DNA from: Eledone cirrhosa
Lineage: Eukaryota
Assembly (NCBI GenBank): GCA_964016885.1
Contig: OZ024742.1
Location: 209,064,001-209,128,000, forward strand
Reading direction: 5' to 3'
Length of the DNA stretch: 64,000 bases
In this document: piece by piece, positions 13,545 through 27,637 of the stretch
Layout: each line of letters starts with the position of its first letter
Position numbering within the stretch: the first letter of the stretch is position 1
Notes under the pieces: model-generated
Database searches by the model: none
What the model was told of the DNA's origin: nothing
What the model saw: the letters and a program-made list of their open reading frames with translations, nothing else
Position numbers and translations under genes: made by a program

Positions 13545-13705
13545 GGAAAAAGTATGACCCCGACGGAAGAGCTCAAGCCGTTTCGAAACGGCTTGAGTTC
13601 TGCCGTCGGGGTCATAGATTTTCCTATTTCTCACTCTACTACCCTAAGCATTGAATACTCTGTTGCGTTATGGTCCATCTGGTTCCTTACCATAATACCT
13701 TTGTT
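13542..13705. repeat. Fold-back mini-element (hairpin 13542-13627 plus tail), same family as 50591-50802
   Basis: TATGACCCCGACGGAAGAGCTCAAGCCGTTTC|GAAACGGCTTGAGTTCTGCCGTCGGGGTCATA near-perfect palindrome; flanked by (TA)n. Confidence 0.9.
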
Positions 13706-13743
13706 ATATATATATATATATATATATATTCGAACATTTATCT

Positions 13744-15219
13744 ATGCTGAAAATGATCAAAAACGTTAAGCTCAGAAAGAAACACCAATGCAGCAATCCA
13801 TTCTTAACGTCCCTTGATACACTAATAACTAAGATCAAGAATGACCCGCACCTCTTCGTCACCTCCGACAAAACCAAGAAGCTGTACAAGATGGACGCGA
13901 GTGAGTATAAAAAATTCATCTATAAGGAACTACACAAAGACTACAAAAAGACACCCTCTAGTACCCTAAATGACATAAATAGAGTAGGGAAGGATATAGT
14001 CACCAGCTTAGAAATAGAAAAGTACACTAACCCGTACGTCCCTCTGACGCCTAAATTCTCTCTTAAGGATCACAAATATGACTTTAATGAAAGCCCCTCT
14101 ATTAGACTAATATGCCCCTCTACATCAGATATAGGTAAGATTAGTAAAGTGATCCTCGACAGAGTACTACTCGAGCTTAATAGAAAGGCTAAGGTCTGCC
14201 TCTGGGGCAACACCGACCAGGTCATAAATTGGTTCACCGAGTTGCCGGATAAAGCCACCCTGAAATTCATCCAGTTTGATATAGATAGCTACTACGCCTC
14301 TATCTCCCCCATACTCTTAAATAAGGCACTTATCTTAGCTAGATCTAACACTAGCCTCACTAAAAAAGAAATAGACATAATTCTAGCGGCACGTAGAACC
14401 ATTATCCAGTTCGAAGGCTCCCACTGGACCAGAACCAACCGTCCTGATAACTTCGATGTCATGATGGGGTCCAGTGACTCAGCGCAAGCAACTGACCTGG
14501 TTGGGATATACCTCCTACATAAGCTTAGGGAAGAAATACCGGCCCTACAAGGAGGTGTATATAGGGACGACGCCCTGTTTACCGTTAGGAACCATAGCCC
14601 CCGTAGGATAGAGAACCTTAACAAACATATACACAGGTTCTTTAAGTCATACGGCCTATCCGTAACTATGGACCTCAAACACAGGGTTGTCAACTTCCTG
14701 GACGTGACCCTGGAGTTGAGTACGGGCTTATACAAGCCATACCATAAGCCTGGAGAGTGCCTCTCTTATATTAATTATGCCTCCAACCACCCTAAGCAGA
14801 CTCTCAACTCTATAGTCTATAGCATCTCACATAGAATCTCGAGGCTATCCGCCAATGAGGATATCTTCAACCAAGCGGCTGATTACTACAATAGGGCCCT
14901 GATAAGCGCCGGCTTTAACCGAGGAATTTCCTACATCCCTAACGCTACTTCTAGAAACCACCCCCCTCATAAAACTAACGTTATAGTAAGCCATACCTAT
15001 AACCGATCACGCGGCGACCTCGTTAAAGTCGGATATAATAGAATAGATAACCGCACCAAAGATCACGTCCCGGCGACGGTGAATACTGTAGATTACTCAA
15101 ACTATTCCCCTATTACAAAACCAACAAAGGCGACGGCCTACTACCAACGCCTTCCAACCAACATCTTCGTGTACATAAACATGGAAGAGGTAGAAAGAGT
15201 GCACCCGAGCATAAAATGA
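13744..15219 (+). CDS. PLE reverse transcriptase domain (frameshifted from the endonuclease part)
   Basis: [65 protein letters not shown] motifs. Confidence 0.9.
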   Translation: MLKMIKNVKLRKKHQCSNPFLTSLDTLITKIKNDPHLFVTSDKTKKLYKMDASEYKKFIYKELHKDYKKTPSSTLNDINRVGKDIVTSLEIEKYTNPYVPLTPKFSLKDHKYDFNESPSIRLICPSTSDIGKISKVILDRVLLELNRKAKVCLWGNTDQVINWFTELPDKATLKFIQFDIDSYYASISPILLNKALILARSNTSLTKKEIDIILAARRTIIQFEGSHWTRTNRPDNFDVMMGSSDSAQATDLVGIYLLHKLREEIPALQGGVYRDDALFTVRNHSPRRIENLNKHIHRFFKSYGLSVTMDLKHRVVNFLDVTLELSTGLYKPYHKPGECLSYINYASNHPKQTLNSIVYSISHRISRLSANEDIFNQAADYYNRALISAGFNRGISYIPNATSRNHPPHKTNVIVSHTYNRSRGDLVKVGYNRIDNRTKDHVPATVNTVDYSNYSPITKPTKATAYYQRLPTNIFVYINMEEVERVHPSIK

Positions 15220-15273
15220 AAGGGGCACCGAACGGGCGACAGCGCATTAACACACATAAGAGCGGTCACTTAG

Positions 15274-16248
15274 ATGGAACCACCCGTAGCAAAAGTACAA
15301 GGACACGTAATCGCCACCGTAACGTCCTATGGTTCCACCCCCACCCACCCCTACTCTCGAAGTGTGGCCTCCAACATACCCCGGATATTCGTCGAAGCCT
15401 TAGAGAAGAACTTCCCACCCAACCATAGGTATAGAAAAATTCTTAATAGGAACAATATAAAAATATCCTTCTCTACTACTCCTAGCCTAGCAGACATCAT
15501 AGGAACAACGAACCACAGTAAGATCACCAAGACACAGCACCTCGACACAGACGCACCTACACCTGACAATAACTATATCGGCCTTAACAACTCCCTGACA
15601 GCATCCAATAGTGTTGGCAACGGCATCCGCAGGCGCAACCAGAATGACCGCGAAGTGACTGGGGAACATGCAGAACATGACGTGTGGAATAACATTCGCA
15701 CCATCCCGCGTGCTGAGGGTTGTAATTGTGCTAACGACAGCTGCGGTAGCGTAGGTAACAACGTAGGCAGCAACAATGATAGCCTTACCGTGGGAAATAG
15801 ACGGAACCGCCACAGAAATTGCAACTGCCGCGACAGAGGACGCTGCCCCCTTAGAGGATACTGCTTGACTGATAGGGTTATATATAGATGCACTATTACT
15901 AGCCACAATAGCGTTAAACATTATATAGGGGCCACCTCCGGCCCGTTCAAAATTAGGTTTCGAACACATCTCCACTCTTTCACAAATAGAAAACTAAGGC
16001 ACTCCACTTCGCTCGCGGACTACATCACATCACTAAAGGACTTAAACATCAGCTTCTCCACGCACTGGGAGATTGTCGGCCGGGCTGCACCGTACAACTT
16101 CAAGAGGAAATGCGATCTTTGCCTCATGGAGCTCTACCACATCATAACTGCACCCCACGAGCTCATCAACAGCAGAGCTGAAACAGCGATAAGTTGTACA
16201 CATCGCTTAAAAATATCCTTCTTTAGATGGGTTAAGAATGAAGAGTGA
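15274..16248 (+). CDS. PLE linker and GIY-YIG endonuclease domain
   Basis: CNCRDRGRCPLRGYCL, VIY..., YIGATSGPFKIRFRTH, CDLCLMELYHI, NSRAE..SCTH. Confidence 0.9.
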   Translation: MEPPVAKVQGHVIATVTSYGSTPTHPYSRSVASNIPRIFVEALEKNFPPNHRYRKILNRNNIKISFSTTPSLADIIGTTNHSKITKTQHLDTDAPTPDNNYIGLNNSLTASNSVGNGIRRRNQNDREVTGEHAEHDVWNNIRTIPRAEGCNCANDSCGSVGNNVGSNNDSLTVGNRRNRHRNCNCRDRGRCPLRGYCLTDRVIYRCTITSHNSVKHYIGATSGPFKIRFRTHLHSFTNRKLRHSTSLADYITSLKDLNISFSTHWEIVGRAAPYNFKRKCDLCLMELYHIITAPHELINSRAETAISCTHRLKISFFRWVKNEE

Positions 16249-16543
16249 AATAGTACACTGGATCTCCCTGCAACAAGTCTTAACACCCCGGCAGGCAGGC
16301 GCAGCAAAATAACACCCAGAAAACAATCCTTGCATACCAGACCCAGCCTCAGACAAACGGATGCGGCAAGAAAAAAAAAAAAAAAAAAAATTATCCGGGA
16401 AAGACTGCCCTAACACCGGCCAGAGTTACCTCCCTTGACCTGCTGCAAAATCAAAACAAGATATTTTTGCGAGCAATGAATCTTGATGTAGATTTAACCC
16501 CCAAAACTCTTTCCGAACTATATAAGGAACACTTGTGATTATT

Positions 16544-16588
16544 TATGCCCTTGAGAAGCCCAACTGGGCGAAACGTACGTAGGTGATA
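16544..16588 (+). ncRNA. Non-canonical hammerhead-like motif in pLTR B
   Basis: tgcc-CTTGAGAA-gccc aact gggc-GAAA-cgtacg-TA-ggtg; palindromic stem III and GUA triplet; TATATAA at 16519 upstream and AATAAA at ~16594 downstream. Confidence 0.7.
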
Positions 16589-16797
16589 TTTTAAATAAAC
16601 ATGTTTTAACGGTCTATTCTCCGATTTTTACTTTCCCACGTGCTTACGCTCTGCTAACTCTCTAGCCCACTAAATATTAACACTTCGAATATTTAATACT
16701 GCCGACACTAGTATCGAGCACCTTTGGCATACGCTACTTGGCAAATAACTATATGTATCACCTATCCCTCCTTTTTCTCTCTTTCTCGATACGTAAA

Positions 16798-16835
<38 letters not shown>

Positions 16836-16844
<9 letters not shown>

Positions 16845-17090
16845 TGTAGTTGTCTGTGTGTGTGTGTGTGTCCTCATTTTTGCAAAGTCTATATAAATCC
16901 ACATTTGTACTCCGATTGACTTTAAACTTGCATTTATATATTCCTTGCGGTCTAAAGATATTAGCTGCAGCTTTAATTTTTCAATTTTCTGTTGTTAAAG
17001 GGGTGTTAGGCGGCGGTTATCGATCTCGGTCGCGCCCTTATAATATCTGTCTGTATGCCTGGCTGTCTGCATAACGGCATTATGACCAAC
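16836..17090 (+). mobile_element. Possible non-autonomous Helitron 5' portion (3' end possibly 19420-19524)
   Basis: Begins TATATAAAACTGTAGTTGTCTGTGTG...; 19497-19524 CCGTGCAACTCCGGGATACACTGCTAGT resembles a Helitron hairpin plus CTAG 3' end. Confidence 0.35.
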
Positions 17091-17242
17091 ACGTCATTGC
17101 TGACGTATTATCTTCGCCACATTCACACACACACATATATACATATATATACATATACATATATATATATACATACACATATATATATACACATATATAC
17201 ATATACCCACACATATATACACATGTAGATACATACACACAC

Positions 17243-19030
<1,788 letters not shown>

Positions 19031-19052
19031 AATGTATATATATATATATATG

Positions 19053-19084
<32 letters not shown>

Positions 19085-19205
19085 CATACATATACATACA
19101 CATATACACACATATATATATACATACATATACAAACACATATACACATATATATGTACACATATACTTATATATAAATAAGCACATACAAATATATCTA
19201 TCTAT

Positions 19206-19420
19206 CTAGGGCGGGTAACATTCCCGAGACGCATGGACGAGCTCTCTCCAGCGGTCTCTGTCCCTCATTATCGCTGCCATGTCCTGCGTCTCCAACAGAC
19301 CAGTGTGTGTCCTTAGGGCATCAACATATGTTAACTTTGGTCTTCCCCTTCCTGTGTGTCCATGCAGGGGCTCCCACAGGGGTACTAAGTGCAGTGATAA
19401 CTCTGGATGTCGGTGAGCAT
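19206..19420 (-). mobile_element. RTE-clade LINE 3' fragment
   Basis: HRHPEL..LV.WEPLHGHTGRGRPKLTYVDAL...[11 protein letters not shown], typical of the RTE ORF C-terminus. Confidence 0.8.
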
Positions 19421-19559
19421 GTTCAGTTCGTGAGTTTTTAACAGGCACTCACAAATAAACGTTTATCATTGGTGGTGCTATTACCAATGTTCTTATCCGT
19501 GCAACTCCGGGATACACTGCTAGTATATATATATATAAATGCAATCTGAATTTTTCGAA

Positions 19560-19799
19560 TATTAATAATTGTTTCTACTTTAGACACGAGGCCAGCAATC
19601 ACCTAATAGCAGCGATAATGAGGGACAGAGACCGCTGGAGAGAGCTCGTCCATGCGTCTCGGGAATGTTACCCGCCCTTCATAGATAGATATATTTGTAT
19701 GTGCTTATTTATATATAAGTATATGTGTACATATATATGTGTATATGTGTTTGTATATGTATGTATATATATGTGTGTATATGTGTATGTATATGTATG

Positions 19800-19831
<32 letters not shown>

Positions 19832-19978
19832 CATATATATATATCACTGGTACTTTATTTTATCGACCCTGTAAGGATGAAAGGCAAAGTCAACCTCGGC
19901 GGGATTTGTACTCAGATCGTAAAGGGACGTAACTATGCTGGAAAGCATGGCGTCCGACCCTCTACCGATACTGCCAAA
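19560..19978 (-). mobile_element. SINE family 1 split by an inverted copy of neighbouring DNA
   Basis: SINE tail at 19560-19603 and body at 19844-19978; the insert 19608-19843 is the reverse complement of ~19035-19277. Confidence 0.85.
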
Positions 19979-20177
19979 TAATAACATTCGATTCGTTTGC
20001 AATTATGCAAACAAGTCCCAATTGTATAGCCATGTCAGTAGAATGAACACTTCATTCTTGCTCTTGTGTTGGCATCACACATATACATACACACATATAC
20101 ATACATACACAAACATATATACACATATACACATATATACATATATACACATGTATATGTATACACATATACGCAAT

Positions 20178-20224
<47 letters not shown>

Positions 20225-20231
<7 letters not shown>

Positions 20232-20990
20232 ATACTTTGGTAGGGTCATGTTGCCAATAAGAAACACATGCACCAGTTGCTTTCACTTCAATTTATTATA
20301 ATAAATTTATAATAAATTTATAAATTTCTGGTTGGTTGGTTGGTTCCACAACCAGATAGTTATTTATATATAGTCATAGTTCTTTCGTCACACACTCTGT
20401 GACCTCTTCAGTGACTGGGGATTCCTTTCTTTGTTTCTGTGCCTTTCCTTTCTTCTGTCCTACGCCATTTTGTTTCTGTCTGTGTGTTGTGTGCTCAGTC
20501 TGCGCATGCGCCACATCCGGGTGTCTGTGTGTGTTTATGTTCATTTATTTATTTGTTTATTTACATGTTACTGGTTGGTTGTTTGTTCTATGTGTGTGTG
20601 TGTTTTCATTTTGTCCTTAATTGTAAGTTGTGATGTTGCTGTTCCACTCATATTTTCTATTTAATTTTGGTTGTTATTCTTTTATGTTTATTGTCTCTGT
20701 AATTTGTCTAAACATTGCGTCTTTTCTGTGTGTAGATTCTATTTTTGTTTCTATGTTCTCTAATTTACTCTTGTGTTCTATTTTAGCATGTTGGTAGAGT
20801 ACAGATGATTCTTTATTATCTTGAAGGTCTCGCCAGTGTTCATTTATCCGTTCCCCTACACAACGAACTGTCTCACCTATGTACACTATATTTTTGTCTC
20901 TACATTGTCCTTCAGTACATCTTACGCTATACACTACATTTCTAGTTTTACAGTTAATATGGGGGCTTATTTTACAGGTTATACATTTCT
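20225..20990 (-). mobile_element. Penelope-like element D, 3' fragment (GIY-YIG and pLTR)
   Basis: ORF 20674-20934 VYSVRC..C....YIGETVR..GERINEH...SVLYQH...R.ITETINI; HHR downstream on the same strand. Confidence 0.88.
20372..20416 (-). ncRNA. Minimal hammerhead ribozyme (pLTR D)
   Basis: Reverse complement: agtca-CTGAAGA-ggtcaca gagtg tgtgac-GAAA-gaac-TA-tgact. Confidence 0.8.
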
Positions 20991-21030
20991 TATCTATACA
21001 TATGTATATATATATGTATATATATATGTA

Positions 21031-21077
<47 letters not shown>

Positions 21078-21103
21078 ATACATATATGCATGTGTATGTA
21101 TAT

Positions 21104-21451
21104 GTCCGAGGAAATGGAAATAATCCGGCTGGATATCCGATCGCGCGGTTAAACTACTGGGAGTGAAGGACCCCTAGCCTTTGTCAGGGCATTCTTCTAG
21201 GAGAAGGCAACTCAGGAACCTGGGATAACTCAGACATAAACCTGCAGCTCAGTAGTTACCGTTGATGTTGATCTTTTCTTCTTTTAGGGTTACAGATAGT
21301 GTTGCTCAAAGAGTGGGATTGGCCTCAGTGCACAGTCTTTCGTTACTTAAAAAATGTTCATGCACAGGCATTGCACGATATCATTAATTGATAATTATTG
21401 ATAATGTTATATCGTGCAACGGCCATACTCGATAACGTGGGGCCAGCCATT
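21104..21451 (+). mobile_element. Probable RTE-LINE 5'-UTR-derived non-autonomous repeat
   Basis: GC-richer island between microsatellites containing GGGCA..C.TCTAGGAGAAGG.AACTC, reminiscent of RTE 5' UTRs (from recall only). Confidence 0.4.
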
Positions 21452-21464
21452 ATATATATATACT

Positions 21465-21590
21465 TCGTTTATGTATTTGTTTTGCAAGATTCTTGATGCT
21501 ATATTGTGTGTTGAAACAGATATGTTTATAATTTGTGACGGTTAAGTTAATATAAACACGAGCCTCATTTTGCGTTTCACTTCAGTATTA
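21465..21590 (-). repeat. pLTR family D-like tail fragment
   Basis: Similar to 4575-4700. Confidence 0.6.
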
Positions 21591-21595
21591 TTATT

Positions 21596-21680
21596 GCCGA
21601 CGGGGTCGATAAAATAAAGTACCCGTAATGCACTGGGTAATTGCTGGCCTTGTACCAATAGTAGAAACAATTATTATTAA
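21596..21680 (+). mobile_element. SINE family 1, 3' half
   Basis: CGGGGTCGATAAAATAAAGTACC...GCTGGCCTTGT...GTAGAAACAATTATT. Confidence 0.85.
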
Positions 21681-22056
21681 TCAGGTAACCCTAAGTTGAT
21701 GTTCCCACTATTATGGAATTCCACTGTTATTTATTTAGTATTAATTGCTACGTGCTTTTCTTTCTATTACATTTTAAAGTAAATCTCCACTGTCCCTATT
21801 CTTTTGTATTGACCTTTATGTTTTGGCCATTGTGGCAAATACAGAAGTAATTATTAGTCATTTAACTTATTCATTTGTCGGGTAGTTTAATAACCGGATG
21901 GTTGTTTGCTTGATAAAGTCATTTCTTCACACATTCTGTGACCAGTTCTTACTCCACTCTCTCTTCGTTTGGATTTTGTTATATTTACTCCATCTTCTAT
22001 TTCTGTGAAGGAATTCGAGGCCTTGTGCCAATGTTAAAAACCACCACCACCACCAT

Positions 22057-22104
<48 letters not shown>

Positions 22105-22108
<4 letters not shown>

Positions 22109-22756
22109 CCGCCGGCCTCAGCCGAAATGGATTCAACAATTGATCTCCACGTGGGTCTGTCGTTCATTGCCCTTGCAAAGTCCTGGATTTCAATACCAGA
22201 ATCATTGAAGATAACATCGGGATAGGAGAGCTTGCGCCCCCTGTTATTAGTGACTGCTTGTGGTTTCCAAAGCACTAATGGGGACATAGCCTGATAGGTG
22301 GCACGATGGCAGTGGCCAGCAAATCTTACTCTCCTTTAACGTACAACGACAGATGTGTGTGTGGGGGGGGGGGGGGATGCCGGCATATCTCTCTCTCAAA
22401 GTCAGATCTCGCCAGATTATATTCTGAATGCGCTGAAGCAGGCTTTTGACATCTCTCGCTGGCCTTCATCTCAACGAGGGTAAGACAGAGTACATATCAA
22501 ACTGTACAGGCAACAGCATCAAAGCAATCAACAGCAGTGATATCAAGCAAGTCGAGGATTTCAAGTATCTTGGGTCCTGGATCATGGACTCTGCGAAGGA
22601 TTTCGCCATAAGAAAGTCCCAAACATGGTCAGCTTGCAAGAAGATGGATCGGGTTTGGAGCTCAAATCGATCCAATCACACCAAGATCAGACTCTTCCAA
22701 GTAACAATTCAACCTATCTTACTATATGGAAATCAAACATGGACGCTTTCATCCAA

Positions 22757-22757
<1 letters not shown>
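22105..22757 (-). mobile_element. RTE LINE fragment with 5' inversion, inside a (CTA)n tract
   Basis: Minus-strand 3' end (LVLWKPQ...RGRKLSYPDVI...RPTWRSIV) at 22105-22430, joined to a plus-strand upstream piece (GLHLNEGKTEY, VEDFKYLGSWI, ILLYGNQTWTL) at 22446-22757. Confidence 0.85.
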
Positions 22758-22843
<86 letters not shown>

Positions 22844-23504
22844 ACTGCTGATGATTTTACTACTGTTTCTGTTGCTGCGACAAATCCGCGTTCATTATAT
22901 CAACAGTGTCATGCTTTGAACTTCATTGATAACAAATTCTCAACTGTCACGAAATTCTGGCAGTACAGATAATAACAGTAGTTTTGTTTTTCTTTTTGTA
23001 GCTTGGTAATCAGTACACAATTCTGTTGTTCAGTCTGTTTAACATCTGTTTCGGAGCTCCAATTTCAACTTTTATTTTTATTTTTTTTATTTCTCTAGCA
23101 ATGTTCATATATTTTTAGGCCTTTTTTATTTTTTTATTTATGTTTTATTTTTGGTGTAATAGCGTACATTTTCTCACTGAGTTATGATCAAATCTAGTCT
23201 CTCTCTCTCTCTGCCTCTGTGATTAGTTTCATTTGCCTCATGATAAGAATTGGTGAAAGCAATGATCAATTATAACTTATTCGTAATTCATTTCTAGACT
23301 CGTAATTCATTTCTAGACTCGAAGAATCCCAATTTCTCAAAATAAAAAGAAGAAAGAAAAACCATCATGCGATTATTATGTTTTTATTTATTCATTTTTT
23401 TTTTTGTTACTATTCTCCTTTATTCACTTGTTAAGTGATTGAAAATTGGTTTCTGTTTCCTTCCATTTTAATGCGCTTTGTGCCAGTCAATTTTCTTTGC
23501 TAAT

Positions 23505-24118
23505 TTCATTTTGTCCTTAATTGTAAGTTGTGATGTTGCTGTTCCACTCATATTTTCTATTTAATTTTGGTTGTAATTCTTTTATGTTTATTGTCTCTGT
23601 AATTTTAGACAAATTACAGAGGAGATTACAGAGGCAATAAACATAAAAGAATTACAACCAAAATTAAATAGAAAATATGAGTGGAACAGCAACATCACAA
23701 CTTACAATTAAGGACAAAATGAAAACACACACACACATAGAACAAACAACCAACCAATAACATGTAAATAAATAAACAAATAGATAAATGAACAGAAACA
23801 CACACAGACACCCGGATGTGGCGCATGCGCAAACTGAGCACACAACACACACACAGAAACAAAATGGCGTAGGACAGAAGAAAGGAAAGGCACAGAAACA
23901 AAGAAAGGAATCCCCAGTCACTGAAGAGGTCACAGAGTGTGTGACGAAAGGACTATGACTATATATAAACAACTATCTGGTTGCGGAACCAACCAACCAA
24001 CCAGAAATTTATAAATTTGTAGATTTGTAAATTTATAAATTTATAAATATATAATAAATTGAAGTGAAAGCAACTGGTGCGTGTGTTTCTTATTGGCAAC
24101 ATGACCCTCCCAAAGTAT

Positions 24119-24123
<5 letters not shown>
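23505..24123 (+). mobile_element. PLE family D miniature copy with fold-back 5' end
   Basis: 23625-24123 is nearly identical to the reverse complement of 20225-20703; 23505-23605 is an inverted copy of its start. Confidence 0.9.
23916..23960 (+). ncRNA. Minimal hammerhead ribozyme (pLTR D copy 2)
   Basis: agtca-CTGAAGA-ggtcaca gagtg tgtgac-GAAA-ggac-TA-tgact. Confidence 0.8.
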
Positions 24124-24188
<65 letters not shown>

Positions 24189-24782
24189 GAGTGTTGGCTG
24201 AAAAGCTCATAGGCTGACTAAGAAGAATAGTATTCAGAGACGGCTTGAGAACCAACGTTTCTTTAGTATGATAGTGCGATTGATTTGTTTTTGGTTTCTT
24301 TTAGGGTAATCTAGGTGGACAGTTTTTGGTAGGAGACTTGGATGGTGCTAAAATTCTCACATTTCCTAGAAATGCCTCATATTTTTCAATACAAAATTCT
24401 GTTGATCAAACATTCTTCAAATAACAAAAAATACTTTAATCCTTAACAGCTGTTAACTCTACATAAAGTTTGCAAATACACACAACGTTATATAGGTACT
24501 GTTGATATATCAAATTATGGAGTAAATTCAATTCTCATACATCCATTCATATAAATATTGTATTCAGCATTCAGAAAACAAAGGAAGTTGTCTTACTGGC
24601 AAAACAAAGTTTTACTACTATTCAATGATTCATCCTCAAGTTATATTTCTCTCTGTGGTTTCAGCTGCTTGAACAGCCGTATTTGCTTGTTGACTAAATT
24701 TCCAGCTTAAACCAACAGGCTATCCATTTACTGCCGATCCCGTCGCAGCTCCATTTGTCCAAAATATTTAGCACTCTTTGGA

Positions 24783-24960
24783 ATAGCAGAATCGGTAGAG
24801 CGTCGAACAAAATGCTTTCCGGTATTTAGTCACAAATTTCTAGCTTCTGAGTTTAAATTCCGCCAAGGGCAACTTTACCTTTCATTCTTCTAGGATTGAT
24901 AAAATGAAGTATCAATTAAGTACCGGAATCGATATAGCTGGCCTTGTGCCAAAATTAGAT
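24783..24960 (+). mobile_element. Older, diverged SINE family 1-related copy
   Basis: GCAGAATCGGTAGAGCGTCG...GAGTTTAAATTCCGCC...GCTGGCCTTGTGCCAAAA. Confidence 0.75.
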
Positions 24961-27637
24961 ATCCGCATCTATATAGACTACAGTTACAAAGGAATCTAAC
25001 TTTCAGTAGAGATTTAGAATCCAAATTAAAGTATTGGAAATATTGCCGATTTTGGTGGGAATTGATATTATAAATTTATTTGACGATGTCTAAATACGAT
25101 ACTGGTGAATAATTTAATAGTAACTATGTTGTTTAGCATTAGCTACGTCCTGAACATGTAGAATCATAATCAAAGGCTGTGACAATCCTATCTTATTTTA
25201 AGATATTGCATTACATTATCCAACGTTATCTTCATCTTTGAGACACTGCGTGGAGATTGCAAGAGAGAGTGTTGTTCCATTGGTAGTTCGTATATTCTCT
25301 ATATTTATACAAATGATGGAGGCATGCCATTCGAACAGAATGTGATTGTATTAGTACTAGCAATATTGATAATTGATCGTAAAATACAGTTAATATTGTT
25401 TTCCACATTGAGATTGTATAAAGCAATCATACTAAACGGCTACTGTCCTGTGCATTTCACATTGATAGCTAAAGTAAAATGAAAGGAACTAAATAACACG
25501 AATAAACAAGGTTGCTGCTGAATCGTCTTACTTGTCTTGCTGTCTGGGAGTTTAATCGTAATTTTGTTAAAGTACGAATATAAGCAAAAATAGTTAGGAA
25601 TTCGTCTATTTTGTTTTGAACGAGTAGTAATTGGGAAAATGTTCTTCAATGATTTCTTTACAATATAACACCAAGCATCGACAACATATCATCTTATAAG
25701 CAGCTAGTTTAATCAAGACATTGGTACCCAGTATAATTTATATACGCATACATTGAAATACATCTGATATAGTATACGGCACTCACAGTTTGACTTTTAT
25801 CTACTTCATGAGTCATAAATTTGAAGTGACAAATCTCGCAGTCAGTTATTATTGGGTCAATAATTAAGACATTTTGTTTTAGTCAGATAAAAGCCAGAAT
25901 TTCTACATCCGAACTAAATGACAAATGAGAAGATTTAAACAATTACTCTTGATGTCGATAGATAATGCAAAGAGAAATAAAGTTTCTCTTCTCTCAATTA
26001 GATTAAATAAATGCTGATTCAAATATATTTAAGAAGCGTAAATCATTAGTTAGAAGTGTAGAAAGAAAGAAGGTGGAAACGCTGTTTGATCATTGTATAA
26101 GCAAAACTAATTAAGAAAGGCGGAACGCTAGTAATACATTACGTGAAGAATTAGGCTTTGTTACAATGTACTCTATTTATTCTTAGTGATACGTATTATT
26201 GCTGACTAACAACTAAAAATAACTTAGTGACTTTTTCTGTATCACGTTATGTTTGAAGCAAACACAATTGAACAGGTTTCATCAAATCCTTTGACGTCAT
26301 TAAGTGTCTGGAGGCATGCATTTTACCAAATGATTTCAGATTATATAGTTTTGTAGGAGTAATTTTCGCGGAGAGGGGGAAGGTGCCTTTTATGCAGATA
26401 TTCAATCAAACAAAAATAAATGGGGCCGATAGTATACATAAATTTGTAAGTGGAGAAATAGTGCAATTAAATTATGTAAATATAAATATGAGTATTAGTA
26501 TACTTACTATTTTTATATTCAACATTTAAGTTACATGAGAAAAGAAAGTTTTAAATTAATATTAGATTACTTGTTAAAGCGGTAGAGCGTGGCAAATTGT
26601 ATGCAAAACTTAAAATGTGATTCTTTGGAAGTCAGGAGAATGAGAATAATTATTTCATTGATAACCACTAGATAATGATTTTTCTCTGTTAATAATGGTT
26701 TTCTTCACAAATCACTTCATAGAAATAATTATACATTTAAAATTGTTGCATCTCTTTGAGAGAAAGTTGAATTCTAAGAAATAAAATTTGAGAGCTTATA
26801 AGTTTTAGTTTAAAATGTGTGGCTTCTATTAATTACCTAATTTCTATTCTGGTTATTGTTCAAATTATAGGGAGAAATGAACAGATTTTGTTTTCTTCAT
26901 CACTAGACGTTGAATATATATTTACTTTGAATATTTCATTTCCGGAGAAGAAAATTGAAAAATCAGCAGAAACATTATATGCATTTTAAAATATTTTGCT
27001 AAAGGGTTATCACAAAACGAGTTGCATAAAATCAAAACTAATATGAAAATATGGATTGATTCCAATATTCAAAAGGATATTTTCTTTATTGGGTATTTTA
27101 TTACATGAATGTTGATTGTTTAAGTTACATTGAATTTACTCGTAATTACATCTCACTAACCAACAATATTTAAAATTACAGTTCCCTCTATGACTGAACA
27201 CATGAAATGTTCTGGTTGATTATACCATATTGGCATATCGAATGAGATTTGATCATTCTCTGATTCTGTTCTGATGATTCTCTGTTACATTACACAGGAT
27301 AACTCTAGTTCCGACACTATTTCTGACAATAAATGTGTATATGACACGATCACACTAGAGAATCGTAATTTTGGATTTCCCTTCTCTGAAATATTTGATA
27401 GTAAGCATTAAAGACAAACCCACCCTTAGTCCTTCAACATTTATTTGATGATTTACATTTATTTATCTCAAGGCACATTTAAGTATACCAAATAGATTGT
27501 AAAACGTACAAATTAGAATAATATTTTGCGTAAGTAAACAAGAGATTATATTCTATTCTCTTAACATGAGAGTTATTGATTTTCGAAGATCTGAATGGCG
27601 ATTAGTGTATGACATGAAATCTTCAAACTGTTTACAA

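Larger units (their letters stand above)
13729..16800 (+). mobile_element. Penelope-like element B, 5'-truncated, best preserved copy
   Basis: 491-aa RT ORF, 324-aa GIY-YIG ORF and a 3' pLTR with TATA-HHR-AATAAA; (TA)n at both ends. Confidence 0.95.

Noticed and set aside
15140-15360. Programmed frameshift or two-ORF organisation in element B
   Set aside because: The conserved RNVLWF.P motif is in a third frame (ORF 15216) and shifts at a CACC slippage run; element A has this region in one frame, so mutational decay of a single ORF is more likely
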